This document shows, piece after piece, positions 13,470 to 26,668 of a DNA stretch of 64,000 bases (its first letter is position 1; each line of letters begins with the position of its first letter). Origin of the DNA: Lama glama (taxonomy: Eukaryota). Made by a program: the position numbers and the translations under genes. The stretch covers positions 4,774,001-4,838,000 of the forward strand of contig CM052836.1 in NCBI GenBank assembly GCA_028534125.1, given 5' to 3'. A model generated the notes under the pieces. The model was not told where the DNA came from. It ran no database searches and was given only the letters and a program-made list of their open reading frames with translations.

Positions 13470-13800
13470 ATTCTTATCAATAATAAAAGACCAACAACAA
13501 CAACTCAGTGGAAAAACAGGAGAGGATGTAAACAGACTGCTCACAGAAGGGAAGACACAAGTGGCTCTTAAACACACGAAGAGATGTTCACCCTCCTTCT
13601 TCACAAGATAAGTGCAAAATAAAACTACTCCGAATGATCACATATCACCTGTAAGATGAGCAAAGATTGTCTAACCTAAATCATCTACCAGTCATGGGCT
13701 GTTTAAATAAATGATGGTACATCCACTGTATGAAATAATATATAGTTGTAAACAAATCAAACAAAGCTTCTGTCTGTACTGACACGGGAAATTTCCCGAT
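13470..13800 (+). mobile_element. Ancient L1 (L1ME-like) fragments
   Basis: caactcagtggaaaaacaggagaggatgtaaacagac...gagatgttcaccctc...taaataaatgatggtacatccac. Confidence 0.65.
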
Positions 13801-13811
13801 ATATAAAACAT

Positions 13812-13910
13812 TTTTAAAAATGGAAGTACAGTCAGTTACAACGTGTCTGTCTCTGGTGTACAGCACAATGGCCCAGCCATGCATATACATACATATATTT
13901 GTTTTCATAT
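13812..13910 (-). mobile_element. Lineage-specific L1 extreme 3' tail
   Basis: gaagtacagtcagttacaacgtgtctgtctctggtgtacagcacaatggcccagccatgcatatacatac, near-identical to the copy at 59965-60070. Confidence 0.85.
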
Positions 13911-14287
13911 CCCAATTATCTTTTACACAGGATCAGAAAGCAGGGTGCAGAATGGTCCTTCCAGCACGTCACCGTTTGGTGTGTAGCAGCAGTTAGCGTG
14001 GGTTTCTCCTTCAGTTAAATGAGTCTGTTTTCTCTGTGGGCTTCTTGCTCTGTGATGTGTCAGCTATCAGGCTTCCCTTCAGGGTGTCCAGACGCAACGT
14101 GGGCAAATGAAGGAAGTGGTGTTCATAGTATTTAAGGCGCTGGTGTGTTGGACGGTGTGTACTGTTTCCGCCGTGTCTGCTGTGTGGTAAAGACTAAAGC
14201 CTCGTTCAACACAAATCTGCTGCTCCCTTAGTCTCTCGCACCCATACCTAGAAGCCCCCGATAGAGGTGTGTATTGTACTGTGTTTA

Positions 14288-14383
14288 TCTATTTATTTAG
14301 GTGGAGGTACATGGGGATTGACCCCAGGACCTGGTGCATGCTCAGCACACGGTCTCCCTCTGAGTTACACCCCTCACCCCCAG
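14288..14383 (-). mobile_element. Vic-1-like SINE (diverged)
   Basis: ggggattgaccccaggacctggtgcatgctcagcac. Imperfect TSD ttgtactgtgttta / ttgcacggtgttta. Confidence 0.85.
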
Positions 14384-15029
14384 TTGCACGGTGTTTAAAT
14401 TGCACTTATACCCTGAGTGTAAAGGTTGCCCGGAGGGGAGGGCTAGAGTGTGGAGACAGGAGGAGCCCAACTGGTTCCGTTATTCCAGAAAGCTCCAGAG
14501 CTAGACTTGCAAATCAAAGGGGAGGAGAGATCTAGTAAGAATACATGTCTTTGTTAGAGGTACTGAGAATGTATTACAAGGAACCTGTGAGCCAAAATCC
14601 GGGACATTTCGGGGTCAGGTGACATCGAGAGAAGACTTAACTCCCTTTCACTGTGAACCCAGATAACTGCCCCCATGTCTCACCTTTTCTCCTCCCGTTT
14701 GCCCCAAGCCTGGAGCTTCTCTGAGATACTCTCTCAAGGAGTTGCTTTTGCTTCCAGTGGTTTTGTCTGTCACCTCCTTGCTTTGCTTTTTCAGATCAAA
14801 CAATCTCATTTACAAAAATTTTTTTCCCATCAATGTCATTGGTCTTTCAAAAATATATTTTCTGACGTTTCAGTGGGGCTTTGGAAGGGAAGAGGTTTAT
14901 TAATGAAAGAAGGTTTTTTCTGGCGAGTGTAGTTGTGCATCACAGGAGCAGTTGTGCTATACAGGTGGCCAGAGGGCCATGAGGTTGTGGGACAGCTGCC
15001 CTAGGTCCCTGTCTGCCGTGCGACCATGC

Positions 15030-16065
15030 GGGGGTTGGTACAATGAATACAAATGTATCCACCATCCAGTTCAATAAAACCTTACACAACCGTTACCTTT
15101 GAGGTTCTCCTGCGCACCTCCCTGAATCATATCCCATTTTCTTACCACTCAGAGGGGAATCCTGCCATTGTCTGTTCATCATTCCTTTGCTTGTCTGCAT
15201 AGTTTTACCAATCATGTTTTATGATTTATGTTTATTTGATGTATATGTAATATAGATGTATATTGTCCCATAATACTGTAGGCATTCTTTTTTGAATGTT
15301 TTTCATTAATGTTAATTTCTCTATCTTTTTTTTAAATTGTGGTAAGAACATTTAACAAGATCTATCCTCTTAATAGATTTTTGCATACAATACAGTATTA
15401 TTAACTACAGACACAACGTTTTACAGTAGATCATGGAATTTCCTAAGTGATGAGAGCAATCGTGGTGTCTTTTGTTGTGTGAACAAGGCGACTTTTGGAA
15501 AGCAGCGAAGGATGGAGGCTAGTCGCCAAGGGAACCAACCCTGGTAAGGATTAGAACCTCTAGTATCACCCTCTGACTTCCAGGAAGGGGAGAGGAGCTG
15601 GAAGTTGAATCATTTGTCTACAGCCAATGATTTAATCAATCGTGCCCGTGGAATTGGATCAGCAGCACAGATAATAACCGGGACTTGCAGTTGGCACCTG
15701 AAGTAGGGAGCAGTCTTGTCAAACTGAGCCCTTAGCCTGTGGAATCTGATGCTCTCTCTGGGTAGACAGTGTCAGAACTGAGCTGAATTGTAGACACCCA
15801 GCTGGTCCCGGAGGATTTCTTGATGGTATGGAAAAACCCCCACACACAGTGGACTTGGTGACCAGAATCTTAGCAGCCTTCTTTCATTTAGTAATATGCA
15901 CTTAAGGTTCCTCCCTGACTTTTCATGGCTTAATGGCTCATTTCCTTTGAGTGCTGAATAATATTCCGTTATCTAGATTTATCATTTATCCACTCACCTA
16001 TTGAAGGACATCTTAGCTGCTTCCAAGTTTTGGCAATTATGCATAAAGCTGGTATAGTCATCATT
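15030..16065 (-). mobile_element. Old L1 3' fragments interrupted by a MER21-like LTR (15440-15875)
   Basis: L1 antisense blocks (attgtggtaagaacatttaacaagatcta; gaataatattccgtt...ttccaagttttggcaattatg) flank MER21-type sequence (gccaatgatttaatcaatc...actgagcccttagcctgtggaatctgatgct...gtagacagtgtcagaa). Confidence 0.75.
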
Positions 16066-18024
16066 TTTAAAGATAGTTCTGGAAAGGTGTCACTGAGGTA
16101 TGCAGATGGGAACCTGGAACAGGAATAGAGGAAGTTCTAACAAGCCTGATCGACCCACCTGTATGAATCACAGCCAGGAATGTCGTTTTATTTCTGCCCC
16201 AGGCACTTACTGAGAAAGGGGACTAGAAACCATGGGCCAGGGAGCAGAAAGGAAACAAGAACAAAAGCAGTTCACACCCTGTTTGACTCCTTGGTTGAAT
16301 GTGCGCAGCACAAATACACACCACACCAGTTCACCTGAAGAAAAGTGATTGCTATGTGTTTGGTGAATCGTTTCAGGTTAAGAAGCCACTTTTGAGAATC
16401 CCCACAGGGAGATGAACAGCTGTGGGCTTTGGGTGATCAGGAATGTTTGATAAAATTATGCATCTGGTCAACTGCTAAAGGGGCGTGGTGGCAGAACTAG
16501 TCTGCAGAAATAAATGACCCACAGTCTTGCCCTGACTTGGCGTGGATTGGAATGGTGGCACGGGAGAGGGTTAGCCTTAGAATGGAGGCCAAGGCTCCCT
16601 CCTGTATCTGAAGCCCAGCTTCTACTCAGTTCTACCATGGCCACTGTGACTGGGGGAGTCCCCCATCCGCTGAGGCCCAACTGTAAAGCCAAGGGGCGTG
16701 GTTCTGTATTGTCCCAGCTCTAACAGCTGGCTTCTCCTTTAGTTAGTCACGGCTTATATGCAGCCTGAGTGAGGGGGTCCTTACCACAGCACCTGGCCCC
16801 GAATCAGCCCTTGAGAGATCCCGGTTACCATTTGTCCTCTCCAGGGTAATCTGTGGTTTGAGCAGATTAGGCAGGCACTTATGTGATAGGATTTTAAAGG
16901 GCCATGAGGGTTGAGTGCCCCACAATATCTCCCCCAAAGCTTTGCCCTGGTGCTTGAGACTCCCCCACATTCCCTCAAGGTATGGAGTTGAAGATCTTTA
17001 ATGTATCGTGTAATAGAAATGGAGACATTTCACACTAAAATTCTCTCTCCCATTAGCACCTCACAGGCAAGTCAGTTGCACAAACAGCCCTGGCATAGGC
17101 TGTGCTTAATAAAAACGAGGGGCTTTCGGGAGGAGAGAGAGGATGAGAGCGCGTACATCCGGGAGGCAAACCCGGGTGGTTCTTAGAGGTGGAGACAAGC
17201 AGAGTAAGAGAAGGGAGCCCACAGCTGAGTCTGCCCCACCCCTGCCCCCACCACCGTTCTGTTTCTACGTCACCATTGATTTGCATAGACTCATTCTTGA
17301 TTGTCGATGAAGCATTTGGACCCTCCTTTCCCGCAGGTCCTTACAAGCCTGGGTGAAATGGGCAGGATGCCGCACAGTGAGGGAACTGAACTCTTCAGCG
17401 GTCTTGGTTTTCTGCCTCTGGGCCAAAGCCCTTCCCACTTTCCCAGGCTGACTCTCTTTAATCTAACGTGCGCTCCAGGGTGCATCCCAAGTGATGGCGG
17501 AACTAGAGCCACCACTGAACTGATTTTGACCCCAAGAAGACAACTGCCCGAATGTTTGCCGGCGGTAGCCTCTTAAGCAAGCAGATTCCTACAGAGATAC
17601 GTGCATGGCTGACTGGAACACTGGCACTTTAGTGTGTTAGAAGAAAGTCAAGAAGAGGGCAGTGGTTTATGCACTTCAGATCTTCCGCTGGGCCAATTTC
17701 ATGCCTGCTAGGTAGCTTGACTTGAAGTTACAAGGGCAGGTGGGACTTCCCTCTGATGATCAGCCCCTCTGGTAGGGCTTCCTGGGTCCGCATCTCATTT
17801 TCTCTCATGGGAAATGCAGCACCCAGAAGATGGTGTGTCCCTAAATAAACAACGAGAGAGGTTTTTATGCAGTTTAGGGGTCAAACTCATGATTTTAACC
17901 AATAATCAGAGCAGCAGTCTCTCGGTTTGGGCTTGTTTTCATTCTACTTAAAGTCTTCCTTTCCTGTGTTTCTTTGAAAAGGAGTTTATATGCACAGTGG
18001 TTTATGCTTTCAAAGCCCCAGGTC

Positions 18025-18174
18025 CAATAGAATACAAACTTGCGGTAGCCAAGGGGGAGGGGGTGTGGGAAGGGACAGAATGAGAGTTCAAAATTTGTAG
18101 GTACTGACAGGCATATGTAAAATAGATAAACAAGATTATATATATATATAAAAAAACTTGTTAATAATAAAAAA
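18025..18174 (+). mobile_element. Short lineage-specific L1 3'UTR insertion with perfect 13-bp TSD
   Basis: atagaatacaaacttgcggtagccaaggggg...aaaatagataaacaagattata plus A-rich tail. AAAGCCCCAGGTC at 18012-18024 and 18175-18187. Confidence 0.85.
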
Positions 18175-18889
18175 AAAGCCCCAGGTCTCATGTGCAAATA
18201 AGACACTCTATCTCAGCGTGTTCGCTCGGAGAAAGATTTTATTAGGTAAATACAGCAGTTACGTCACCTTTTCATCAGCCTACATACAAAGTTGTTTGCC
18301 TTTTTATCCCTTTTCCTCCTTTGCCAAAGGAAATGATCCACTCACCCTCACTGAATGGTTCCTCCTGTGGCTTCATAGGAGGTAGACTGTCCTTAGTGGG
18401 AAGAGGTGTGTCATTTGCTTCCGAAGAAACTTTCGGAGCAGAAGCTTCTGGTTTTAGTTTTGTTGGACGAAGCAGGTAGCGTTTCTCTGACCGTAAAACT
18501 GGGTACATTTATAGACATGCTCCTAGGGAATGAAAAATGGAATCAGTGCCCTCAGGCCTGATCCCCAGAGGCAGCCTCTGAAGTGGGAAAGTCACGGTAA
18601 GAAAGAAAAAAAAAAGATCTGGCTCCAGTGTAGGTAATGGACTCGCAGCCACCTGAGTACATCAAAGAGGTACAGTTAATGCTGTCTTTTCTCATTTGCA
18701 CAGACTCCTCTTAGGCTGTGTGTTTTGATTATTTTTCCCCTTCAAACTTCTCTGGAAGCGCACTTTAACAAGCTTTCCCTTGAATAAGAATATCATGGAT
18801 GTGAAAAGTCAGATAGCAACATGTCATGATTCGTTTCAGACCTTCGAAGCCCCTCGGGGCAGGCTGGGGTCTAGGGGGCTCAGGGCGAG

Positions 18890-20140
18890 GTGCTGGACAT
18901 CCGGTGGGTTTGGGCAAATGTATCATGACATGTGTCTACCATTATGGATGGTATCATAGAGTAGCTTCATTGCCCTAAAAATCCTCTGTGCCCCATCTAT
19001 TCATCTTTTCCTCCCCCCAAATGTACCAATTTATAACGTACAGTTCAAGAAGTACTGATAATTAATATACGTATGAAACCACTGCCACAATCAAGATACA
19101 GAACATTTCTATCACTTCATAAAGTTCCCTTGAGCTCAGTCCCACCAGCAGCCCTAGCCTCAGACAAGAAGCAGTCTGACCTTCGTCCTTTACAGTTTAG
19201 ACTTCTCTCTCCTAGAAGTCGATAAAATCAGACTATGTAGCACGCACTCTTCTGTGTCTGCTTTCTTTCGCTCAGCTCGATGTTTCTGAGATTTATCCAT
19301 GTTGTTACATGAATCAGTAGCAATTCTTCCCTTCTTAAGGCTGAATACTCTCCACTGAATGGATATACCACATTTATTTAACCATTTATCTATTGCTGGA
19401 CTTCTGAGTTTTTCCTCTTTTTTTTTTCTCTCCTGTATGAATAAAGCTGCTATGAACTTTCATATACAAGTCTTTGGGTCAACATATGTTTTCATATGTC
19501 TTGAATAAATGCCTAACAGTGGAACTGCTACATCATATGATAAGTGTATATTTGACTTTATAAGAAACCGTCAAATTTTCCAAAGTGGGTGTACCATTTT
19601 ACATTCCCACCAACAGCATAAGAGAGTTCTGGTTACTTCAAAACATTACTAACACTAGTGGGTTTGCAGTGGTATTAGTGTGGTTTAAACTTTTTTAAAT
19701 AATATATTTTATTTAATTTGATGTATCTAAATATTTTTCAATGTATAATCAATATGAATTATTAATGAGGTATTAAAATTTTTTTATACTAAGCTTTTGA
19801 AATTCGGTGTATAGTTCACACTTAAACCACTACTGTTAGTGTTTTAATTTGCATTTATCTGATGACTAGTAATGTGGATATCTTTTCATAAGTATATTGG
19901 CCATTTGTATATCATTTTGTGGACTGTCTATTCACGTTATGTCCATTTTTAATTTTTAATTGGGTTGATGGCCTTCTTACACTAAGTTATGAACTCTTTA
20001 TATATTTTGGATGTAAGTCCTTTGTCAGCTATATGTATTGTAAATATTGTCTCCCAGTGTATAGCTTGCTTTGTTATTTCTTAATAGGGTCTTTTGATCA
20101 ACAGGTGCTTTCAATTTGATAAAATTCTATTTATCGATGT
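18890..20140 (-). mobile_element. Old L1 (L1M) antisense fragments with an inserted MER3/MER33-like piece (~19690-19830)
   Basis: ttgccctaaaaatcctctgtgcc; ttccaaagtgggtgtaccattttacattcccaccaacag; ttttaatttgcatt. MER3/33-type taatatattttatttaa...gaaattcggtgtatagttcacactta. Confidence 0.75.
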
Positions 20141-23100
20141 TTTAAAACTCATTCATAGGGAAAAAAAGCCAGGTGCCCACCTAATAACGTGGAGTACTTA
20201 CTGCTTTACTTTGTCAGTTTACGTGGTGTCCTAGAATCCTAGAGTTGGAAAAGACTTAATGGCTTAAGTCATCTTGTCTTCTGTCCAGTGTGGGAATCTC
20301 CCCCATCGTAACCCCAACAGGTGGTCATCAGCTCGGAATACACTCTTGGGAATTAAAGCAGGCCTTCTGGAAAAGGAGCAGGGCATTCTGTTATAACGTT
20401 TTGGTACCATTTTTACAGAGACTCAGCTTGGGTTTTCTATATGTAGTAATTTGCTCTACTAAGAACTGGAAACTCAGAGTATCACTCCCAGACTCAACTT
20501 TGATTTGCGGTGTAACTCCAGCCAAGTCTCGGCGCCACTGAGCCCCAGTTGCCTTCTCTGTTAAATGGCAATGGTGATAATAGGAAAAGGAGCAGCCATA
20601 ACATCTTATTAATTATCTAAATTATAGGCATGGGGAGGCTGAAAAAAGGTACTTTATATGGAGACAATTAAAATATAAAATCATCTCATAAGTTCTAATG
20701 ATTTATACCAGACTACCTTAGTGTTTTTTCAAACCAAAGGAGCAGGAATTTGTGCCTTTAAAAGGTAGGCCCTCAGAATTTATATCAGTTCCTTAAGAAT
20801 TCAGAAAAGCAGAGCTCAGGGACTTGGTTCCTACTGGTGTAGAGAAATAGTTCAGTAGGTGCTTGGGCTGAAGCTCAAACCTGACTAAGCCAGGCGAACA
20901 GGTGTTGGCTGAAGAGCTTAAGGATGCGAGAGTGGTACGGGGCAGAACCGAGCATCCCAAACCCCACTCCAGAACAGAGCTCATCTCTGACATTCCTGTT
21001 ATACCTCCTCCACTCCCAGTATGTGGCAATATCACTACAAAGAAACCATCTCCTCGCGGAACAGTCACAGTGGCAACATTACTTTGGCTGCTGCCTTTCA
21101 GTCTGGGAGGAGGATTATAAATAGCAATCTGACACTAACAGAAGATGGTTTTGAAGACTGGCTTTGTAGCTAGTTACCTAGAAATTGTTTCTTTCTGTAT
21201 TGACCTTTCCAAGAAGCTGATAGAGTGGAGGAGGGACCCTTTCCTCCTAGAGCCTGAGGCTCTAGATCTGACGACTTCCGTGCTGGCCTTTGCTCTGAAG
21301 GTAAAGTAAGTGTTCTTGGAATATTTGTATTTCAGCAAACAGACCATAAAAAACTCCAAGTCTGTTTCTTCAATCTCCCTTTCTTGTCTATTCAAAAAAG
21401 CATTTCTAATCGAGTACGCATGGACTCCCATCCAATCCAGACCGTAGGCATCTGTCTGAGAAGCTATGGAAGTATTTGAGTTAAAATTTCCCAGGCACAA
21501 CCAGCATCATTGCCAGAACTCACCTGGTTTCCCCTTTCAGGTACTGGGTTCTGAATGGAGCAGCGGAGGAAACCAGAAGTGAACCACTGAGAAACCACGG
21601 GCTCCAGGGAGGTTTCTGGTCCGGAGAAATTACTTCTTTGCGGGAGAAGAGGGCAGCAGAGAGCCCTTTTCCTCCACCAGCCCAAGCAGGCACTGGTTTG
21701 AAAATCGCAAGACAGTAACAGTTATTGGATTGGTCCTGTCAGCTGGAACCCTTGCTCAGCTGAGGAGCTGAGGTTTGCAGTTTTGTTTGTTACTCTGTTG
21801 CTGCTCAGCAAGCTGCAGAAGCTGGAGAACAGTCCAGCATTAGAAGGACCTGGGTGCGTGGGAGCTGAGAGCTCTTGACAGACATTGCAATTTGTAAAAG
21901 GAGGCAGAAGTGTGTTGAATGCAGAGCACATCCCTGCCAGGATCCTTTGCCAAGGATGACAGATTGCATTGTCTGCTCTTTGCTACTTCACTCTGATGGG
22001 GTGGTTGGCGTCTCTGGGTCAATGGGAGGTGTGGGGCCTTGTAAATGTAACATTTTCTGGGAGCGCATCACTCCTACCTTCTATTTCTGCTTTGTCTTGG
22101 TTTCGGGACCACACTGGGGATGATTGTTTGATTTCTTCTGAAAACACTCAGGGCCCCATGAGGACTATTCAAAGAGTGCACATATCCAAAGCGTTTCCAG
22201 AATCTCCTGGCTCTGCCTGGCTAGTGCAACTGGTTGGAATCATGCAGTAACTAACTATGTGAGGGTCTTTTTCCTGGGGGGTAGTTAACTTTGTGCTGAT
22301 TCATGGCCATGGGCTGCAGCCTTAGCTCCAAGCTGCGAAAATGTCATGGGCAAATGAACGCAGATTGTCCAATTGTGTACATAACCTATAGGAAGTGTTT
22401 TATCTATGTTTGCTCAATGAATGAGAGCAAATATATCCATCAGAGAACCATAGAATGACAACAATGAAATGATTTTAGAGACTTATCTGCTGTGTCCCTT
22501 TACAATGTTATTTATTGGAGAAAAACACAATTCAGAATCTCACTGGATTGTTTACAGGCAGTTAATAGAACTTAAGTGTAGTGCTCAGCCATCCTCATCA
22601 CTAAGAATGGCCCTTCCCAAATGGTCTCCCTGTGCAAACACCACACTGGACATGGCTATTAAGATTACAGGGTACTGAGTCGAGAAGCCTGTAATCTAAG
22701 AAAGAATTCACCCAGATCAGTCCCTCGTGCCGCAGAAACAAACAGGGTGGTGGTATGGGGACTCAGAGAAATCCTGGCCTTGGAGCAGCTGCTTGCTAAG
22801 GTGCCTGCAGGCGAGGGTCTTGGGACCTCCAGAGTGACTTAAGAGTGATGACCATTCCAACCAGAGAGCAGAACGGAAGATCAACCTTTCTGATTCTGCT
22901 TAGGACCAGTCTGGAGGAGTTGTAATTGATGTGCAGAAAGACTTGTGAGGGAAAGAACATCTGATTGAATGGAAACATCTGCTTTCTCGAATGGCACAAA
23001 CGAAGCAGAGAATTTTCCCCAGTAGGGAGCCTTTGGACTGCTCTCACGAGTTGGTAGAAACATTTGGTTGTTTAACTTGCAGGGCAATATTCTTTGGGGT

Positions 23101-23344
23101 GCACACAAGGAATTGTTTCTTTTGAAAAGAGATAGAATCCAGGGTTGAAATCTGAGCAGTGCATACTGGGGCCAGTGAGGGAAAACTTGGTGACTCTAAT
23201 AATATCGTAGAGAAGGAAGCAGGTTCTGGAGGACTGGGGATCGAGGCTACCATCTGATGGATGGGCAGTGCCACCTCACATCAGCCTGGGCTGGGAATGG
23301 GCGTCTGCGCTTCGCAGGCCCGCCACTCAGAAACCCCGCACTGG

Positions 23345-24270
23345 GCCCCTGTTCCTGGGCTTAGAGGAAAAGATTTCAGTTCTTCACCACTGAGTACAAC
23401 GTTCACTGTGGCTTTTCATAGATGGCTTTATTATGTTGAGATGGTGTCCTTCTGTTCCTCGGTTTCCAGTGTTTTTATCATGTAAGGGTGTTGGATTTTG
23501 TCAAAAGCTTTTTCTGCATCAATTGACGTGGCAATGTGGGTTTTTTTCCTTCATTTTGTTAATGTAGTGTATTCCACGGATTGAATTTTGTGTTACACCG
23601 TTCTTGCATTCCGGAAGTAAGTCCTGCTTGGTCATGATGCATCATCCTTTTAATAAGCTGCTGAATTCAGTTGGCTAGTATTTTGTTGAGGGTTTTTCCC
23701 TTAGTGTTCATGAAGTGTATACTTGTTCGTAGCACTTTCATAATCCTTTTTTATTTCTGTAAAATCAGTAGTAATGTTAGTTACCATTCTCATTTCTGAT
23801 TCTAGTAATTTGAGTCTTCTCTCTTTTTGTCACCGTCAATCTAGGTAAAGGTTTGTTAATTTTGTTGATCTTTTTGAGGAACCAACTTTTCGTTCATTGA
23901 TTTTATCAATTGTTGAATTATTTTTTTATGAAACGTGTGAAGTCTGTGCCTAGATTCTCTTACTTTCTTTTGCATATAAACATCTAATTGTTTCAGNNNN
24001 NNNNNNNNNNNNNNNNNNNNNNNNNNNNNNNNNNNNNNNNNNNNNNNNNNNNNNNNNNNNNNNNNNNNNNNNNNNNNNNNNNNNNNNNNNNNNNNNNNNN
24101 NNNNNNNNNNNNNNNNNNNNNNNNNNNNNNNNNNNNNNNNNNNNNNNNNNNNNNNNNNNNNNNNNNNNNNNNNGTAAGTCTTGAGGTCAGGCAGTGTCAG
24201 TCCTTCAACTCTGTCCTTGATCAGTATTGTGTTGGCTATTCTGGGTCTTTTGCCTTCAAATTGCCTGGGA
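23345..24270 (-). mobile_element. L1 ORF2 fragments (antisense, discontinuous), spanning a 177-N gap
   Basis: gggtgttggattttgtcaaaagctttttctgcatcaattga; agtattttgttgagg. Minus translation KRPRIANTILIKDRVEGLTLPDLKTY matches L1 ORF2. Confidence 0.85.
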
Positions 24271-26154
24271 CATTGACTCACCAAGGCATGGATCAGAGCC
24301 TTATATAATCATAGGCTCCAAATTAATCGTTCACTGTTTATCTACCTACCCCTGTGTGCAGCTAAAGCCATTTTAAGGCTGCTTGAAAAGGTTCTTTTTT
24401 TTAAGTTGCCTTAACTTTTCCATCTGAAAGTTTTTCAACGTTATAAATTTTTTATGTCATGCAAATGGATTATTATTATTACTAGGCACCAGAATTCTTC
24501 TTAGAGAAAAAAAATGCTATTGTTTGGAAAAATATGTGACGGCATGAGACAAGGCAACGAAAGTGGTGGCAATGTGCCCTGATTGAAACAAGGAAAGGAC
24601 TCTCTCTGTTCTCAAGGGGGAGGATCCAGAGAGAGGGAAGGAAAGAGAAAGAAAGGAGGAATTAGCAGACAAAAGGAAGCTGAGGTTCACATTTGATGGA
24701 GCAACGAGTAGAAATTCTGTAATTTAAGGCTAGGGTTTTCTGATACTTAATATGAAAATCTTCATTTTACTGTGGTACTACACCCACTTTTGTCCCTCGC
24801 CACCTCAACTCACTTTCAGTAAAGTCGCCCACACTTACAAATGTTCCATGTGAAAGTTTTGTTTTGTTTTGTTTTTGGAGTTCAAGAAGGAATTTGAGCT
24901 TCACTTCTTCAGTGAGGAACAGAGATAGCACCTGTGGAAACTGAGAATGAAATGAACCCACCTAGGAATTAGCAATCATCTTGCTGAAGGTTGGGATTCT
25001 GACAGGGCATGAACGGGCATTTGAGTTAAGCTTACGTTGTCCTCAAGGGGCCAGAAGACCCCAGCTAAGCTAGCATCTGCACTATACACATTACAGTAAG
25101 GACTCCTTTATAATCTTCAGATTACTCTAACAGCGTTTTTTTCTTTGACTCCATCAACAATCATGCAAAGGAAACTTTTTCTTTAGATTGTGCAAATTTA
25201 ACTCAACCTACATGGAGCAGGACGTTGTGACCAATTACTGGGAGTCTGTTTGTATGATATCTTTTATGCAAACTTAATTTTTACATTTTAATTCATTCAA
25301 ACATATGGGAAGGGTCTGACAGTTTCAAAAATGGAAGAGAAACCACTGAATGTAGATGAATAGAGCTGGAAGAAAACTTTACAGATGAGGAAGTCAGGTA
25401 AAGGGAAGGGAATAACTTTCCTAAGGTCATACAACTTTGAGCAATAGATTCATTGGATTAATCTGAAGAGAAAGTCTTGCTTTCCTTGCTAAGGAAATGC
25501 CTACCATGGGCCACCTCCCTACAAAAGATCAAACTTGGCCAACTCAAGAACGTTTATATGTGTAGATCCTTTCCTCTAATTCATAAAATGATACTGGAGG
25601 GGGAAAAATGGTCTACCTGATCATAAAACACTGAACTTCAGTTTTTTTAGAAGCCCCCCTGCCCATCCAAATTTGGGAGGACTTTAGTGAATGAGGCTCT
25701 GGCAAACAGTAGTGGTTAGGTAGGGTTTGTCCCACTTAGTGTGCCTCCCAGGACTGAAGATAGTCAGCTAAAAGCCAATCANNNNNNNNNNNNNNNNNNN
25801 NNNNNNNNNNNNNNNNNNNNNNNNNNNNNNNNNNNNNNNNNNNNNNNNNNNNNNNNNNNNNNNNNNNNNNNNNNNNNNNNNNNNNNNNNNNNNNNNNNNN
25901 NNNNNNNNNNNNNNNNNNNNNNNNNNNNNNNNNNNNNNNNNNNNNNNNNNNNNNNNNNNNGCAGCCCTAGTCACTAGACCTCCACGTCTAATGATAAAAA
26001 CTCAGGGAACATAGTCTCTCTCCTGTGGGAAAAACTCCATGTGGAGTCCCATGGAGTCAGAGCTCAGCCTGGGAGAAATGACTGCGTCTTGGAGAATCAT
26101 CTTCAGTTCCTTTGTGCTAAGTTTTGTCTGCATTTTCCCCTGCCTGTTTTGAAA

Positions 26155-26202
26155 TCTATCTATCTATCTATCTATTTATCTATTTATCTACCTATCTATC
26201 TA
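26155..26202. repeat. (TCTA)n tetranucleotide microsatellite, imperfect
   Basis: tctatctatctatctatctatttatctatttatctacctatctatcta. Confidence 0.9.
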
Positions 26203-26523
26203 CAACTCCAATGTCCAATAATATGGTGATTATATATTATGCAATATTAACTCACTGACATATCAAAAGGCCACAAAAATGAAAATGCAGATACAGTGGA
26301 AATTCATGGAAAAGCGCATATAAAATACATTGTGACTATTGTGTATATTTAATTATAGTAAGCAAATATTATTTATACATTTGAATAAAGTTTAGACATC
26401 TTCTCAAAAAGAGGAAAGTGAGCTGACAATTCTCAATGACTAATAAATGCTGAGTTTATCTCACTTAATACTTAGAACAACCCTGTAAAAGGCATTATCA
26501 CCTTCATTTAGAGATGAAGAGTC

Positions 26524-26668
26524 TTACCTTGTAGTAACCTACGGTGAAAAAGAATATGAAAATGAATGTATGTATGTTCGTATTTCACTGAAGCATTATG
26601 CTGTACACCAGAAATTGACACAACATTGTAAACTGACTACACTTCAATAAAATATATTAAAACAAAAA
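26524..26668 (+). mobile_element. Lineage-specific L1 3' tail inserted into a MIR (MIR ~26440-26790)
   Basis: gctgtacaccagaaattgacacaacattgtaaactgactacacttcaataaaa. TSD agatgaaga(g/a)tc at 26512-26523 and 26669-26680 splits the MIR core. Confidence 0.85.

Noticed and set aside
23985-24180. 177-N gap (59 codons) flanked by ...tttcag and gtaagt..., mimicking a hidden exon
   Set aside because: Both flanks are ordinary antisense L1 ORF2 sequence (ctaattgtttcag..., ...gtaagtcttga), so the splice-like look is coincidental.
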